Assembly (NCBI GenBank): GCA_001769655.1
Contig: MEPC01000020.1
Span: 217,922-281,921 of the forward strand
Direction: 5' to 3'
DNA length: 64,000 nucleotides
Source: Bacteroidetes bacterium RIFCSPLOWO2_12_FULL_37_12
GTDB lineage: Bacteria; Bacteroidota; Bacteroidia; 2-12-FULL-37-12
Part shown: in pieces, positions 28,926 through 38,699 of the stretch
Layout: every line of letters starts with the position of its first letter
Numbering within the stretch: position 1 is the first letter of the stretch
Notes under the pieces: generated by a model
What the model saw: the letters and a program-made list of their open reading frames with translations, nothing else
Databases searched by the model: none
Told to the model about the DNA's origin: nothing
Translations under genes and position numbers: made by a program

Positions 28926-31037
28926 TTGAAAAACGTTATGAAATTAATCCCTTTTACAAACAGAAATACTATACTTTTATTGCTTTTTATTACACTTTGT
29001 AATGATTCATTTTCGCAAAAAGAAAGAAATATCTGGTATTTTGGAGATTTTGCCGGTTTAGATTTTAACAGTGGGATTCCCGTTGCATTAACAAATAGCA
29101 ACATGTCAACTTATGATAATTGTGCTTCGGTAGCCGATTGCAACGGCGCTCTGCTTTTCTATTCAAACGGAGTAAATGTCTGGAATAAAAATCATGCAAT
29201 AATGCCTAATGGTAGTGGGCTTTTAGGAAATACTTCCGGAGGAAATTCGGCTTTTTCAGTTAAACAACCCGGAGTTAATTCTTTTTATTATTTATTCACC
29301 ATTGATTTCGGAGCAGGACCCAATGGACTTAGGTATTCTATAATTGATATTGATTTACAAGGTGGGTTAGGGGATGTCACCTCTACAAAAAATAAAATTC
29401 TTGTAAATCCAAGCACAGAAAAAATCACAGCAATCGTTCATTCTAATAAAAGTGATATATGGATTATTACTCATCCCTGGAACAGTAATAGTTTTTATTC
29501 TTTTCTACTCACTGATTCCGGTTTAGATACGGTACCTCAAATAAGTACAATCGGTTCCATGCATAGCGGAAGTATTAGTAATTCGTCAGGTCAAATATCG
29601 GCTTCGCAAAGTGGAAATAAGATTGTTTGTGCGATTTATGATTTGCAACAGTATGAATTATTTGATTTTAATAAAACTACAGGAGTTTTATCCAATCTTA
29701 TAACGTTTTCCGATTACCCCAGAGCATGGGGAACAGAATTTTCTCCCGATGGTACAAAATTATATATTTCACAATGGACATACTCGGATATCATTCAATT
29801 TGACATTTCAAGCGGAGTTCAATCAACAATTTTAAGCTCTGAAATAACTATTGGTACTGTTACCGGACCAAACTCCCTTTACAAGGCAGGTTATTTGCAA
29901 GTAGGACCTGATGGGAAAATATATATTGCAAAATATGAAAGTGATTATTTAGGAGTGATAGTATCTCCAAATAATTCAGGAATAACCTCCAATTTTATTG
30001 ATAATGGTGTATTTCTTTCTAATAAAAAATCACTGGCAGGGTTACCATCATTTTTATCTTCATCTTCTTCTCCCATTTTTTTCTCACTTTCCCCACTAAC
30101 ACCCTCTATATGTTCAGGTGATACCGTTACCCTCACAGCAAGCGGTGCCACTTATTATTCGTGGTCACCTTCTACGGGCCTTAATGCAACTTCAGGAGAT
30201 ACAGTTATAGCTTATCCAGATTTTACTACAAATTATAAAGTGGTTGGCACCAACTCAGCAGGTTGTTCGGATAGTGTGGAAGTTACTGTAACGGTGCAGC
30301 CATCACCTAATTCTGCTTTTAACTATACTATTTCGTGTAAAACCGTAGAATTTATTAATTCCGACTCATTAACGAAACTTTTTCTATGGAATTTCGGTGA
30401 CGGTGACACAAGTTTTATTTCAAACCCCCAGCATCTTTACGCGGATACCGGGAATTACTCCGTGATGCTTGTGACAAAATCAACTAATTGTGGCAACGAT
30501 ACATCCTACCAAAATATAACTATATCTCCTCCCATAAAAGCACAATTTTCTTATTCCGTTGATACTTGCGCCTCAATAGTGAATTTTATAAATTTGTCTC
30601 CTGATGTAAATACTTTTTTATGGGAATTCGGTGATAATAGTAACAGCACAATAAAAAATCCTTCTCATCCCTATACTGTTTCCGGAAATTATTCTGTGAA
30701 TTTTATTGTTAATTCCGGAACAGAGTGCGCCGATTCAATTCAACACACTATAGCTATTGGTGCGGATTGGCTTAATTCTACTATTTTTATTCCAAATGCT
30801 TTTACACCTAACGGAGATGGAGTTAACGATAAATTTGAAATTCTCCAGAATTATTCATGCGGCCAATACACTTTTTTTATTTTCAATCGATGGGGGCAAT
30901 TACTAATCACTCTTACCGACTTAACTCAACCATGGGAAGGAAAATTAAATGGTAATGTAATTCCTGAGGGCGTTTATGTATATCTTTTGCGGAGTGTTCA
31001 AAATGTCAAAACAGGAACATTAACTGTTATTAGATAG
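28926..31037 (+). CDS. T9SS-secreted multidomain protein: N-terminal beta-rich domain, several PKD-like domains, and a type B T9SS C-terminal domain (gliding-motility-associated CTD)
   Basis: Signal peptide. C-terminus 'IPNAFTPNGDGVNDKFEI…NRWGQLL…WEGKLNG…GVYVYLL' (TIGR04131-like). The C-terminal ~480 aa are about 80% identical to those of the 33888 ORF. Confidence 0.75.
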   Translation: MKNVMKLIPFTNRNTILLLLFITLCNDSFSQKERNIWYFGDFAGLDFNSGIPVALTNSNMSTYDNCASVADCNGALLFYSNGVNVWNKNHAIMPNGSGLLGNTSGGNSAFSVKQPGVNSFYYLFTIDFGAGPNGLRYSIIDIDLQGGLGDVTSTKNKILVNPSTEKITAIVHSNKSDIWIITHPWNSNSFYSFLLTDSGLDTVPQISTIGSMHSGSISNSSGQISASQSGNKIVCAIYDLQQYELFDFNKTTGVLSNLITFSDYPRAWGTEFSPDGTKLYISQWTYSDIIQFDISSGVQSTILSSEITIGTVTGPNSLYKAGYLQVGPDGKIYIAKYESDYLGVIVSPNNSGITSNFIDNGVFLSNKKSLAGLPSFLSSSSSPIFFSLSPLTPSICSGDTVTLTASGATYYSWSPSTGLNATSGDTVIAYPDFTTNYKVVGTNSAGCSDSVEVTVTVQPSPNSAFNYTISCKTVEFINSDSLTKLFLWNFGDGDTSFISNPQHLYADTGNYSVMLVTKSTNCGNDTSYQNITISPPIKAQFSYSVDTCASIVNFINLSPDVNTFLWEFGDNSNSTIKNPSHPYTVSGNYSVNFIVNSGTECADSIQHTIAIGADWLNSTIFIPNAFTPNGDGVNDKFEILQNYSCGQYTFFIFNRWGQLLITLTDLTQPWEGKLNGNVIPEGVYVYLLRSVQNVKTGTLTVIR

Positions 31038-31051
31038 TTTCCCCCTCCCTT

Positions 31052-33778
31052 TCATCCACTCTCCTTCTTCCCTTCCAAATATTTTCTTATGAATTTCTCT
31101 AAGGGAAACAAAATCACCGCCAGAATTAAATTAATCAACACTTTAAAAAGGGGCGCTCCACCTACCACTAAAACAAAATAGGGTTCCAGTAATGTTTGCG
31201 CAAATTCAAATAAAATAAAAATGCAAACAAATATCAAAATGGTTGCTACCCGTGTATTGGTTTTCGAATGACCCACTTTGAAAGAAGCACCCAGCAAAAC
31301 CACTAAAAATGAAATTTGTAAGGAATAAAACCACCAGGTTTCCCAGTATGGAGGGGAAATAATAAATGAAAAAGTAGTGGGGGTTTTATTCCATACGCCA
31401 TCGTTATTGGATGCCCTCACTTGAAACGAATAATTGCCGGGTTCCAGTGACGTATAGGTTGCTGTGTTTATTAGCGTCACCGGCGCCCAGTTCTTATCAT
31501 AACCCTTTAGCATGAATTGATATTTTACTTTTTGTGGTATTGCCAAACTGATGCCGATAAAATCAAAGGTGAGATGGTTTAGTGTATAGGGTAATCGTAA
31601 ATCGCCCGGTAATCCGGTTTCAGGTTTATTAAATGTGGAATAATCTGAAAACTTAAACGGGTTAAAGAATATCCTGATATTTTGAATGTGCGTTCTGGGT
31701 TCTTGTAAATTTAATTTATCATAAACTGGATTATAAATCATCACACCTTTATTTGTACCAAAATACAACAAACCATTTTTATCGGTACACACCGCATTCA
31801 GATTGCAATCAACGCCGGTAAATCCTTCCCACAATCCATACGTACGGACAATTTTTTTCCTTGAAAAATAATATTGATTCATTTCAATCTTGTTTATCCC
31901 ATTGTTGGTCCCCACCCATAAATTTCCATCCGCATCGAAAATCATGGACTCAATCATGTCATCCGCTAAACCATCTTCCGTCGTAATCCTATCTTTGATT
32001 TTTATAAGATTATTTATGACCTGAACCATAAAAATACCTTCGCCATAAGAACCTAAAATCAGATTATTGTACTGACCCGGTAACAGATTATTAAAGCGAT
32101 TAACTTTTATATCCAGGTTATTGGTTGAATAAAGTTCAAATTCAACTCCTCCGTTTTTAGAAGGAAGTGAAGAATTTAATCGTGCGAAGCCGGTTGGCGT
32201 TGTCACCCAAATTGTATTTTTATTGTCTGCTGTCATATCAAAAACTCTTGGACTTTTTAATCCGGTTCTCCGGATATACAACTTCGGAGAATGTTGTTTG
32301 AGAAATGAATCTTCCACTAAACAAATTCCCCCATACGTGCATATCCAGAGTTTATGCTGAGGGTCTCTGTAGAATCCAGTGACATTATTATGCGGAAGTC
32401 CTTCATTTTCTGTAAAATGTCTTAGAACTTTCAGTGTTTTCATTTTTTTATCCTGGTAATAAAACTGCCATGCACCTCCTCCCACTATTCCCGCCCAAAC
32501 CGTTTCACCGTCATTAAAAAGCGACAATACAGATTTTCCGGGCAACCCATAAGTGCTGTCAATGACAAAGATTGGTTTTTGCGTATTCAAATATCCATTG
32601 TTAGACATTTCATATATGAAAATTTTTCCACCGTCCTCACCTACCCATACGTAATTATTTTTGTCAACGGTTATTGACGATATCTGACTCTTGTTTAATC
32701 CCTGGTTTATGTTGATAGAAGAAAATGCCTCATTTCTTAATTTGTTTAATCCCTCCCCAAAAGTTCCTATCCAATAGTTTTTTTCATGATCAGCGTAAAA
32801 AGCCCAGATACTGTTGGCGCTTAATCCCTCTTCGGTAGAAAATCTTTTTTCCCAAATGCTATCTGTGTTAAAAATATTTTTAGGATACATTATTTTATAA
32901 ACCCCAGCATTGGTTCCACACCACATTTCTTTTCCTGTATTGAAAAATGTCCGAAAACTTTTATTTTTTATTTCAGGGGTTTCCAAATTTTTTATCCGAA
33001 ACGTATAATTGGTTTCTTTCTGTGATGGCATTATATTTATACCTTTATCAGAGCCGAACCAGATATTGTGAAATTCGTCTTCTTCAATCACCCATATTTT
33101 ATTACTTGTCAATCCATCTTCAATTCCAAAATGCCTTATTCCGTATTTATTACTTTCTTTCTCGTAATGTAAATAATAAATTCCGCTTAAATAAGTTCCT
33201 AACCAAATGTCTTGATTCTGGTCATCAAAAATGGCATGGATATGATTATTTCTTTCTTCTTTATCCAATTTAATTGTATTGAAAATAAAACGATTCATTA
33301 TTAAATCTTGATAATTAATAACGGATAATCCATTGCTTGTACCGATTAGCAGATTTCCGTTTTTTGCCTGGCGGATACGGGGAACTTTGACAGATGGGAG
33401 ACCTTCTTTTGTTGAAAATGTTTGAAAAATTTTATCCCCTGTATGTTGCGCATATCCCTTTTTAATGACACTTACTCCACCGACGTCTGTACCGAACCAT
33501 AAATTTCCAACAGTATCTTCACAGATAGTGTAAACTACGTTGTCACCCAACCCATCTTTCAAAGTGTAATTCACAAAATTTTTCCCATCGTATTTACTGA
33601 CTCCGCCGCCGGTTCCAATCCATAAGAAACCATTTTTGTCCTGACAAATAGCAAAAATGTTCGATTCATTTAATCCTTCATTTACTGAGTAAACAGAAAA
33701 GGGAACTGTTTGGGCGGAAGCAAGAATAGAATAAAAGGTATAAATAATAAAAACAAAAATTAGTTCCAAATGTTTCAT
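31052..33778 (-). CDS. Periplasmic Reg_prop + Y_Y_Y protein ending in the conserved 3-TM module (paralog)
   Basis: Signal peptide, propeller repeats, 'KYQFMLKGYDKNWAP…ATYTSLEPGNYSFQVRA', C-terminus 'WETWWFY…FEFAQTLLEPYFVLVVGGAPLFKV…FPLEK'. Confidence 0.8.
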   Translation of the reverse strand: MKHLELIFVFIIYTFYSILASAQTVPFSVYSVNEGLNESNIFAICQDKNGFLWIGTGGGVSKYDGKNFVNYTLKDGLGDNVVYTICEDTVGNLWFGTDVGGVSVIKKGYAQHTGDKIFQTFSTKEGLPSVKVPRIRQAKNGNLLIGTSNGLSVINYQDLIMNRFIFNTIKLDKEERNNHIHAIFDDQNQDIWLGTYLSGIYYLHYEKESNKYGIRHFGIEDGLTSNKIWVIEEDEFHNIWFGSDKGINIMPSQKETNYTFRIKNLETPEIKNKSFRTFFNTGKEMWCGTNAGVYKIMYPKNIFNTDSIWEKRFSTEEGLSANSIWAFYADHEKNYWIGTFGEGLNKLRNEAFSSININQGLNKSQISSITVDKNNYVWVGEDGGKIFIYEMSNNGYLNTQKPIFVIDSTYGLPGKSVLSLFNDGETVWAGIVGGGAWQFYYQDKKMKTLKVLRHFTENEGLPHNNVTGFYRDPQHKLWICTYGGICLVEDSFLKQHSPKLYIRRTGLKSPRVFDMTADNKNTIWVTTPTGFARLNSSLPSKNGGVEFELYSTNNLDIKVNRFNNLLPGQYNNLILGSYGEGIFMVQVINNLIKIKDRITTEDGLADDMIESMIFDADGNLWVGTNNGINKIEMNQYYFSRKKIVRTYGLWEGFTGVDCNLNAVCTDKNGLLYFGTNKGVMIYNPVYDKLNLQEPRTHIQNIRIFFNPFKFSDYSTFNKPETGLPGDLRLPYTLNHLTFDFIGISLAIPQKVKYQFMLKGYDKNWAPVTLINTATYTSLEPGNYSFQVRASNNDGVWNKTPTTFSFIISPPYWETWWFYSLQISFLVVLLGASFKVGHSKTNTRVATILIFVCIFILFEFAQTLLEPYFVLVVGGAPLFKVLINLILAVILFPLEKFIRKYLEGKKESG

Positions 33779-33887
33779 GATTTGAAGGGTATTTGACTTA
33801 ATTTTGTGTATGGGGTTTTAGCTACTCAGTTTGAAATAAAATTCAAATATAACTGAAACTACTCTTTTATGATAATTTTCATTACGA

Positions 33888-35729
33888 ATGAAACAATACC
33901 TCCTGATTTTTATTTATTATTTTATCATTCCAACTGTTTTCGGACAAACATGGATTCAGCAAGCTAATTTCGGGGGCGCTGGAAGATATTCCGCATCCGG
34001 TTTTGTTATTGGAAACAAATGTTATATCGGTACCGGCTACAACGGAAGTGCTTTAAAGGATTTTTGGGAATATGACCCTGGATCTGATACGTGGACAGAA
34101 ATTGCAACATTTGGTGGCTCAGGTAGAAGCGGCGGAGCGGCTTTTTCAATTGGTTCTAAAGGATATGTTGGTGTTGGTTGGGATGGTTCACCATTGAGCG
34201 ATTTTTGGGAATGGGATCAAACAAGTAATAGCTGGACACAAAAAGCAGATTTTGGGGGTAAGTCAAGGGTAAGTGGCGCTGGATTTTCTATTGGGTTTCT
34301 TGGTTACATTGGTGTAGGATTTAACGGAGCTTCCTCTTACTATCAGGATTTTTGGGAATATAATCCTGCTAACGATAGCTGGACTTTATTTACCGATTCT
34401 TGTATAACATCGGCGGCTTATGTTGTTGCATTTACTATCGGAACGGATGCCTATTGGGGTACAGGGAGAACGGGGACTGGTAATTATACACAGAACTTCT
34501 GGAAATTAAGCCAAAGTTTTGAACCCGTTTCTTTATCATTTACTACAAATCCGGGTACACTTTGCGATGATAATTCTATAACATTTAAGAATACTTCAAT
34601 AGGAATTAGTTCCTTTTTATGGGATTTTGGAGATGGTACTACAATCATAAGTACTAATCCAACGCACCAGTTTCCAGGTGCAGGTGCGTATAAAGTAATG
34701 CTTAAACCAAGTTCCTTCATGTGTCCGGAGGATTCATCTACTCAGATTATTACAATAAATTCTTCCCCCACCCTCTCCCTCTCCCCCCTCACCCCTTCCA
34801 TCTGCCCCGGCGACACCGTTACCCTCACCGCAAGTGGTGCCACTTCCTACACTTGGTCACCCTCAACGGGTCTAAATGTAACTTCGGGAGATACGGTTAT
34901 TGCCAACCCCGACTCTACTACAAATTATAAAGTTGTAGGCACGAATTCTACTGGTTGTTCAGATAGTGTGGAAGTTACTGTAACCGTACAAACTTCCGTT
35001 ACTTCCTCTTTTGCTTTTACTTCCAATTGTAAAACTGTTAGTTTTACAAATAATAGCCAAAACGGGACAAATTATTTCTGGGATTTCGGTGATGGAATAA
35101 CAAGTTCAGATATTAATCCTGCACACCTTTATGCAGATACAGGCATTTATAAAGTGATGCTTGTGGTAAATTCATTAAACTGTGGTAACGATACATCCAT
35201 TCAAAATATAACTATTTCCACGCCCATAAAAGCACAATTTTCTTACGCCATTGATACCTGCGTCGCCACCGTGAATTTTATAAATTTGTCTCCCTCAGCT
35301 AATACTTTTTTCTGGAAATTTGGAGATAATAGCATCAGCAATTTAAAAAATCCTTCTCATCAATATACTGTTTCCGGAAATTATTCTATAAATTTAATCG
35401 TTAATTCCGGTACAGAGTGCGCCGATTCAATTCAACATAATATACCTATTGATAAGGATTGGCTTAATTCCACTATTACTATCCCGAATATTTTTACCCC
35501 CAACGGAGACGGAATCAATGATAAATTTGAAATTCTCAGCAACAATATCTGCAATAAATACAACATTAAGATTTTCAACAGGTGGGGGCAACTACTTATT
35601 GACATTACTGACTTTACTTACCCTTGGGATGGAAAATTAAATGGCAGTGTAATTCCTGAGGGTGTTTATATATATGTAATTCAGGGAGAAAAAAATGTCA
35701 AAACGGGAACATTAACTGTTTTAAGATAA
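33888..35729 (+). CDS. T9SS-secreted protein: N-terminal Kelch-type beta-propeller repeats, PKD-like domains, and a type B T9SS CTD
   Basis: Kelch-like repeats '…DFWEYDPGSDTWTEIATFGG…GAAFSIGSKGYVGVG'. C-terminus 'IPNIFTPNGDGINDKFEI…NRWGQLL…WDGKLNG'. Confidence 0.75.
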   Translation: MKQYLLIFIYYFIIPTVFGQTWIQQANFGGAGRYSASGFVIGNKCYIGTGYNGSALKDFWEYDPGSDTWTEIATFGGSGRSGGAAFSIGSKGYVGVGWDGSPLSDFWEWDQTSNSWTQKADFGGKSRVSGAGFSIGFLGYIGVGFNGASSYYQDFWEYNPANDSWTLFTDSCITSAAYVVAFTIGTDAYWGTGRTGTGNYTQNFWKLSQSFEPVSLSFTTNPGTLCDDNSITFKNTSIGISSFLWDFGDGTTIISTNPTHQFPGAGAYKVMLKPSSFMCPEDSSTQIITINSSPTLSLSPLTPSICPGDTVTLTASGATSYTWSPSTGLNVTSGDTVIANPDSTTNYKVVGTNSTGCSDSVEVTVTVQTSVTSSFAFTSNCKTVSFTNNSQNGTNYFWDFGDGITSSDINPAHLYADTGIYKVMLVVNSLNCGNDTSIQNITISTPIKAQFSYAIDTCVATVNFINLSPSANTFFWKFGDNSISNLKNPSHQYTVSGNYSINLIVNSGTECADSIQHNIPIDKDWLNSTITIPNIFTPNGDGINDKFEILSNNICNKYNIKIFNRWGQLLIDITDFTYPWDGKLNGSVIPEGVYIYVIQGEKNVKTGTLTVLR

Positions 35730-35766
35730 TCTATTATGAAATAAACAACTCTTTTATTATACCTAA

Positions 35767-35864
35767 TCCTCTATTTTGCCACCTCTTTATTACAAAATAC
35801 TTTATATTTGCTACCTCTTTATTACAAAATAAGTTATATTTGCACCCTCTTTATTACATAAACA
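35767..35864 (+). promoter_or_regulatory. 32-bp tandem repeat (about 2.7 copies) directly abutting the AAA-ATPase start codon. Each full copy contains a TTATATTTG (-7 box-like) motif.
   Basis: Units: CCACCTCTTTATTACAAAATACTTTATATTTG / CTACCTCTTTATTACAAAATAAGTTATATTTG / CACCCTCTTTATTACATAAACAATG. Confidence 0.7.
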
Positions 35865-37214
35865 ATGAATATTAAGCGTAACGCATACCAAAAACTGTCG
35901 CAATGGAAATCATCCAAAGACAGAAAACCATTACTTATCCGTGGTGCAAGGCAAGTGGGTAAGACCACGCTGGTAAGGACATTTTCCAGGGAATTTTTCA
36001 ACTATATTGAACTTAACCTGGAGAAAAAATCAGATAAAAAACTATTTGAAATAGAAGATGTTCGTACTTTATTCAATGCCGTTTGTTTATATAAAAAAGT
36101 AAATCGTATTGATAAACCCACTCTACTCTTTATTGATGAAATTCAAGAATCGCCCACCGCTATTAAAATGCTCAGGTATTTTTATGAAGAATTACCAGAT
36201 ATTTTTGTAATTGCCGCCGGCTCTTTGCTTGAATTTGCTTTTAATAAAGTAAGTAATTTCCCAGTGGGTAGAATTGACTATTTATTCATGTCTCCACTAA
36301 ATTTTCAGGAGTATCTGGGAGCTATGGAAAATTTACAAGCCGTTGAAACCATTAATACTATCCCTGTTCCTGAACATGCCCATTCAATTTTATTAAATTT
36401 ATTTCATCAATATGCTATTATAGGTGGCATGCCCCAAATTGTTAGTAGGTATTTACAAAGCAATAACATGATAAACTTGTCTGCTGGCTATAATAAACTC
36501 TGGCAATCTTTTAAAGATGATGTAAAAAAATATGGAAAAAATGAAACGGAAAGAAAAATTATAAGACATGTAATAGAATCAGCGCCCAGCCAAAATGATA
36601 GAATAAAATTTGAGGGTTTCGGTAATTCCAATTACAGATCAAGAGAGGTAGGAGAAGCATTAAGGGCTTTGGATTTATCAAAAATAATACAGCTCATATA
36701 TCCCGGAACTATTCTTAAACCACCTATCGTAACTGATTTTAATAAGCGACCACGGTTACAGTTTTTAGATACGGGATTGTTAAATCATGCTTTACAGGTG
36801 CAAGTTGAGTTATTTACTTTAGCTGATATGGATGATTTCTATAGAGGAAAAATCATACAGCATTTAGTAACCCAGGAATTGATTTCTGTGCATGATCAGA
36901 TTGCGTATAAACCGCATTTCTGGGTCCGTCAGGAGAAGGATTCTAATTCAGAAGTTGATTTAATTTATCATTACCAAAAGTACCTGTTCCCTATAGAAAT
37001 TAAATCAGGAAGTACCGGAGCATTAAGGTCGTTACATCAGTTTGTCGAACGCACCAATCATCCTTATGCACTAAGGGTTTATTCGGGTCCTTTTCGTATT
37101 GAAAAGTCAAAGACCGCTAAAGGGATACCATACATATTAATGAACTTGCCTTACTATCTTGGAACAAAAATACCCGATTACATAAAATTTTTAATTGAAA
37201 AATATAAATTATAA
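35865..37214 (+). CDS. AAA+ ATPase of the AAA_14/DUF4143 family
   Basis: Walker A 'GARQVGKTT', Walker B 'LLFIDEIQ', about 450 aa, a typical Bacteroidetes DUF4143 ATPase. Confidence 0.75.
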   Translation: MNIKRNAYQKLSQWKSSKDRKPLLIRGARQVGKTTLVRTFSREFFNYIELNLEKKSDKKLFEIEDVRTLFNAVCLYKKVNRIDKPTLLFIDEIQESPTAIKMLRYFYEELPDIFVIAAGSLLEFAFNKVSNFPVGRIDYLFMSPLNFQEYLGAMENLQAVETINTIPVPEHAHSILLNLFHQYAIIGGMPQIVSRYLQSNNMINLSAGYNKLWQSFKDDVKKYGKNETERKIIRHVIESAPSQNDRIKFEGFGNSNYRSREVGEALRALDLSKIIQLIYPGTILKPPIVTDFNKRPRLQFLDTGLLNHALQVQVELFTLADMDDFYRGKIIQHLVTQELISVHDQIAYKPHFWVRQEKDSNSEVDLIYHYQKYLFPIEIKSGSTGALRSLHQFVERTNHPYALRVYSGPFRIEKSKTAKGIPYILMNLPYYLGTKIPDYIKFLIEKYKL

Positions 37215-37245
37215 GGGTTTTAAAAACAATAAAAATTCATTTCTC

Positions 37246-38541
37246 CTATATAGCGTTTCCTGTTATATTAAATTTCCTCATTACCTCCGCCGGCGTCACG
37301 CACCCGTAACCGCTTTCATAAAAATATTCCAATAGTTTTCTGTATGCCTGGGGATAACCTTTAAAAGTATATCCCGAAAAAAAATTATTGTGCCACAAAA
37401 CAGAGAGCACGCAGTTGTACTTGTTTTTTTCAAAAAATGCAATCACGGTGTCGGCAATCTGAGAGGGTTTTTCTTTCATATAGGAATGTAGAGTCCTGTC
37501 CATTACCTGTAGTGGCATTTCAACAAATGTATAAGGTTCTTTTGTGGCAAAATTATAGGGTTTGAAAGGAAGTCCGTAGCTATTGCGGAAACCAATCATT
37601 TCAGAAAAACCAACGCTGGTATCTATGGGAATCCCTGAGATTTCGAGCTCGTTGAATGCTTGCGGTAAACGGAATTTAAGATAATGATACCGGTTGCTAT
37701 TTGGAACAAATCCAAGTTTTTGAATTTCCAACGCAAAGGAATCAGAAGATATGCTTTTATGAATTCCATTTTCACAATTATTTTTTCTGACAAGATTAAT
37801 GGCATCCCTTATACTTTTATCATGAATGTTATAATCGGCATTTGATTCTCTGTTGTTAATTTTCCCTTTATTCACCAGCCAGTAAAACGTTGATTTAAAA
37901 TCAAATTTGCTTTCTGTTTTCATAATCTTGTCAACATTCAGCCAGTAGGGTTTCATAAGAAGGATTTTTATAAAGAGTTTAAAGAAAAATCCAACATTTC
38001 CGGAACGTAATGCTGAACTTGCTTCTTCCTTCAATCCCTCATTTACAAGGTCAATGTCATGCGATAGAAATAGTTGAGATTTTACAGGATTATCTTTACA
38101 ACCACTTAATTTTGGATGTGTAGCTAATTCATCAAAGCATTGCTGTACCAGATTTTCCTGTACGTTGTTAAATTTTTTTTGATAACTGTCTGCGTATCTG
38201 AATCTCCCCAGGCCGTCGGTTTCATTACAATGATATTCCTGACAGCAGTTCATCATGTAAAATGCGCTGGCTAACAGGTCGGTAACACCGGTATAAGTTA
38301 CTATGCGGCAGGATTTGAAAAAATGTTCTGTGTGAATAAATAATTTATTTCCCAGCTTGGAATAAAATTCTGAAGCGACAGGAATATCAGAGTCATCGCT
38401 CGCTGTGACATTAAGAGTGTTTTCATTTTTTTGATTACAGAATGTTAATTCGATATTCTTATTCCGCGCAAATGCCTTTAACGTATAGATGACTGGTGCA
38501 GTAAAATTTTTTCCAGGTTCAATGTAAACAAGGGTAATCAT
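37246..38541 (-). CDS. Hypothetical protein, possibly polysaccharide-deacetylase-like. The ORF is listed to 38706; the likely start MITLVYIEP lies at 38541.
   Basis: 'LSHDIDL' and C-terminal '…FVEMPLQVMD' are weakly reminiscent of NodB-type esterases. I have low confidence in the function. Confidence 0.35.
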   Translation of the reverse strand: MITLVYIEPGKNFTAPVIYTLKAFARNKNIELTFCNQKNENTLNVTASDDSDIPVASEFYSKLGNKLFIHTEHFFKSCRIVTYTGVTDLLASAFYMMNCCQEYHCNETDGLGRFRYADSYQKKFNNVQENLVQQCFDELATHPKLSGCKDNPVKSQLFLSHDIDLVNEGLKEEASSALRSGNVGFFFKLFIKILLMKPYWLNVDKIMKTESKFDFKSTFYWLVNKGKINNRESNADYNIHDKSIRDAINLVRKNNCENGIHKSISSDSFALEIQKLGFVPNSNRYHYLKFRLPQAFNELEISGIPIDTSVGFSEMIGFRNSYGLPFKPYNFATKEPYTFVEMPLQVMDRTLHSYMKEKPSQIADTVIAFFEKNKYNCVLSVLWHNNFFSGYTFKGYPQAYRKLLEYFYESGYGCVTPAEVMRKFNITGNAI

Positions 38542-38597
38542 TTTAAGCCAAAAGTACGTTCTTTCGGGAAAAAATCCTACATATACATTACCTTTGC

Positions 38598-38690
38598 TCA
38601 TGCGAAAGGTATAAAGGTTAAGGGTATAAAGGTATAGATGTATAGGGTATAATGGTTTAACCCCTATACCCCTATACCCATTTTCTTTTA
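38598..38690. promoter_or_regulatory. Array of GGTATA(AAG) direct repeats followed by inverted CCCCTATACC × 2, centred on GGTTTAACC, in a divergent promoter region
   Basis: Read from the sequence. Similar GGGTATAAAG…TATGGTTTAA…GGTATA blocks occur at 53741–53812 and CCTATACCCTATACC occurs at 50827–50841. Confidence 0.6.
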
Positions 38691-38699
38691 GAATATAAA

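Noticed and set aside
35865-38541. The AAA+ (DUF4143) ATPase plus the adjacent 431-aa hypothetical protein as a two-gene defense system
   Set aside because: The two genes are convergently transcribed and so are not an operon. DUF4143 ATPases are very common stand-alone genes in Bacteroidetes. The neighbour has weak deacetylase-like features that fit the polysaccharide context.
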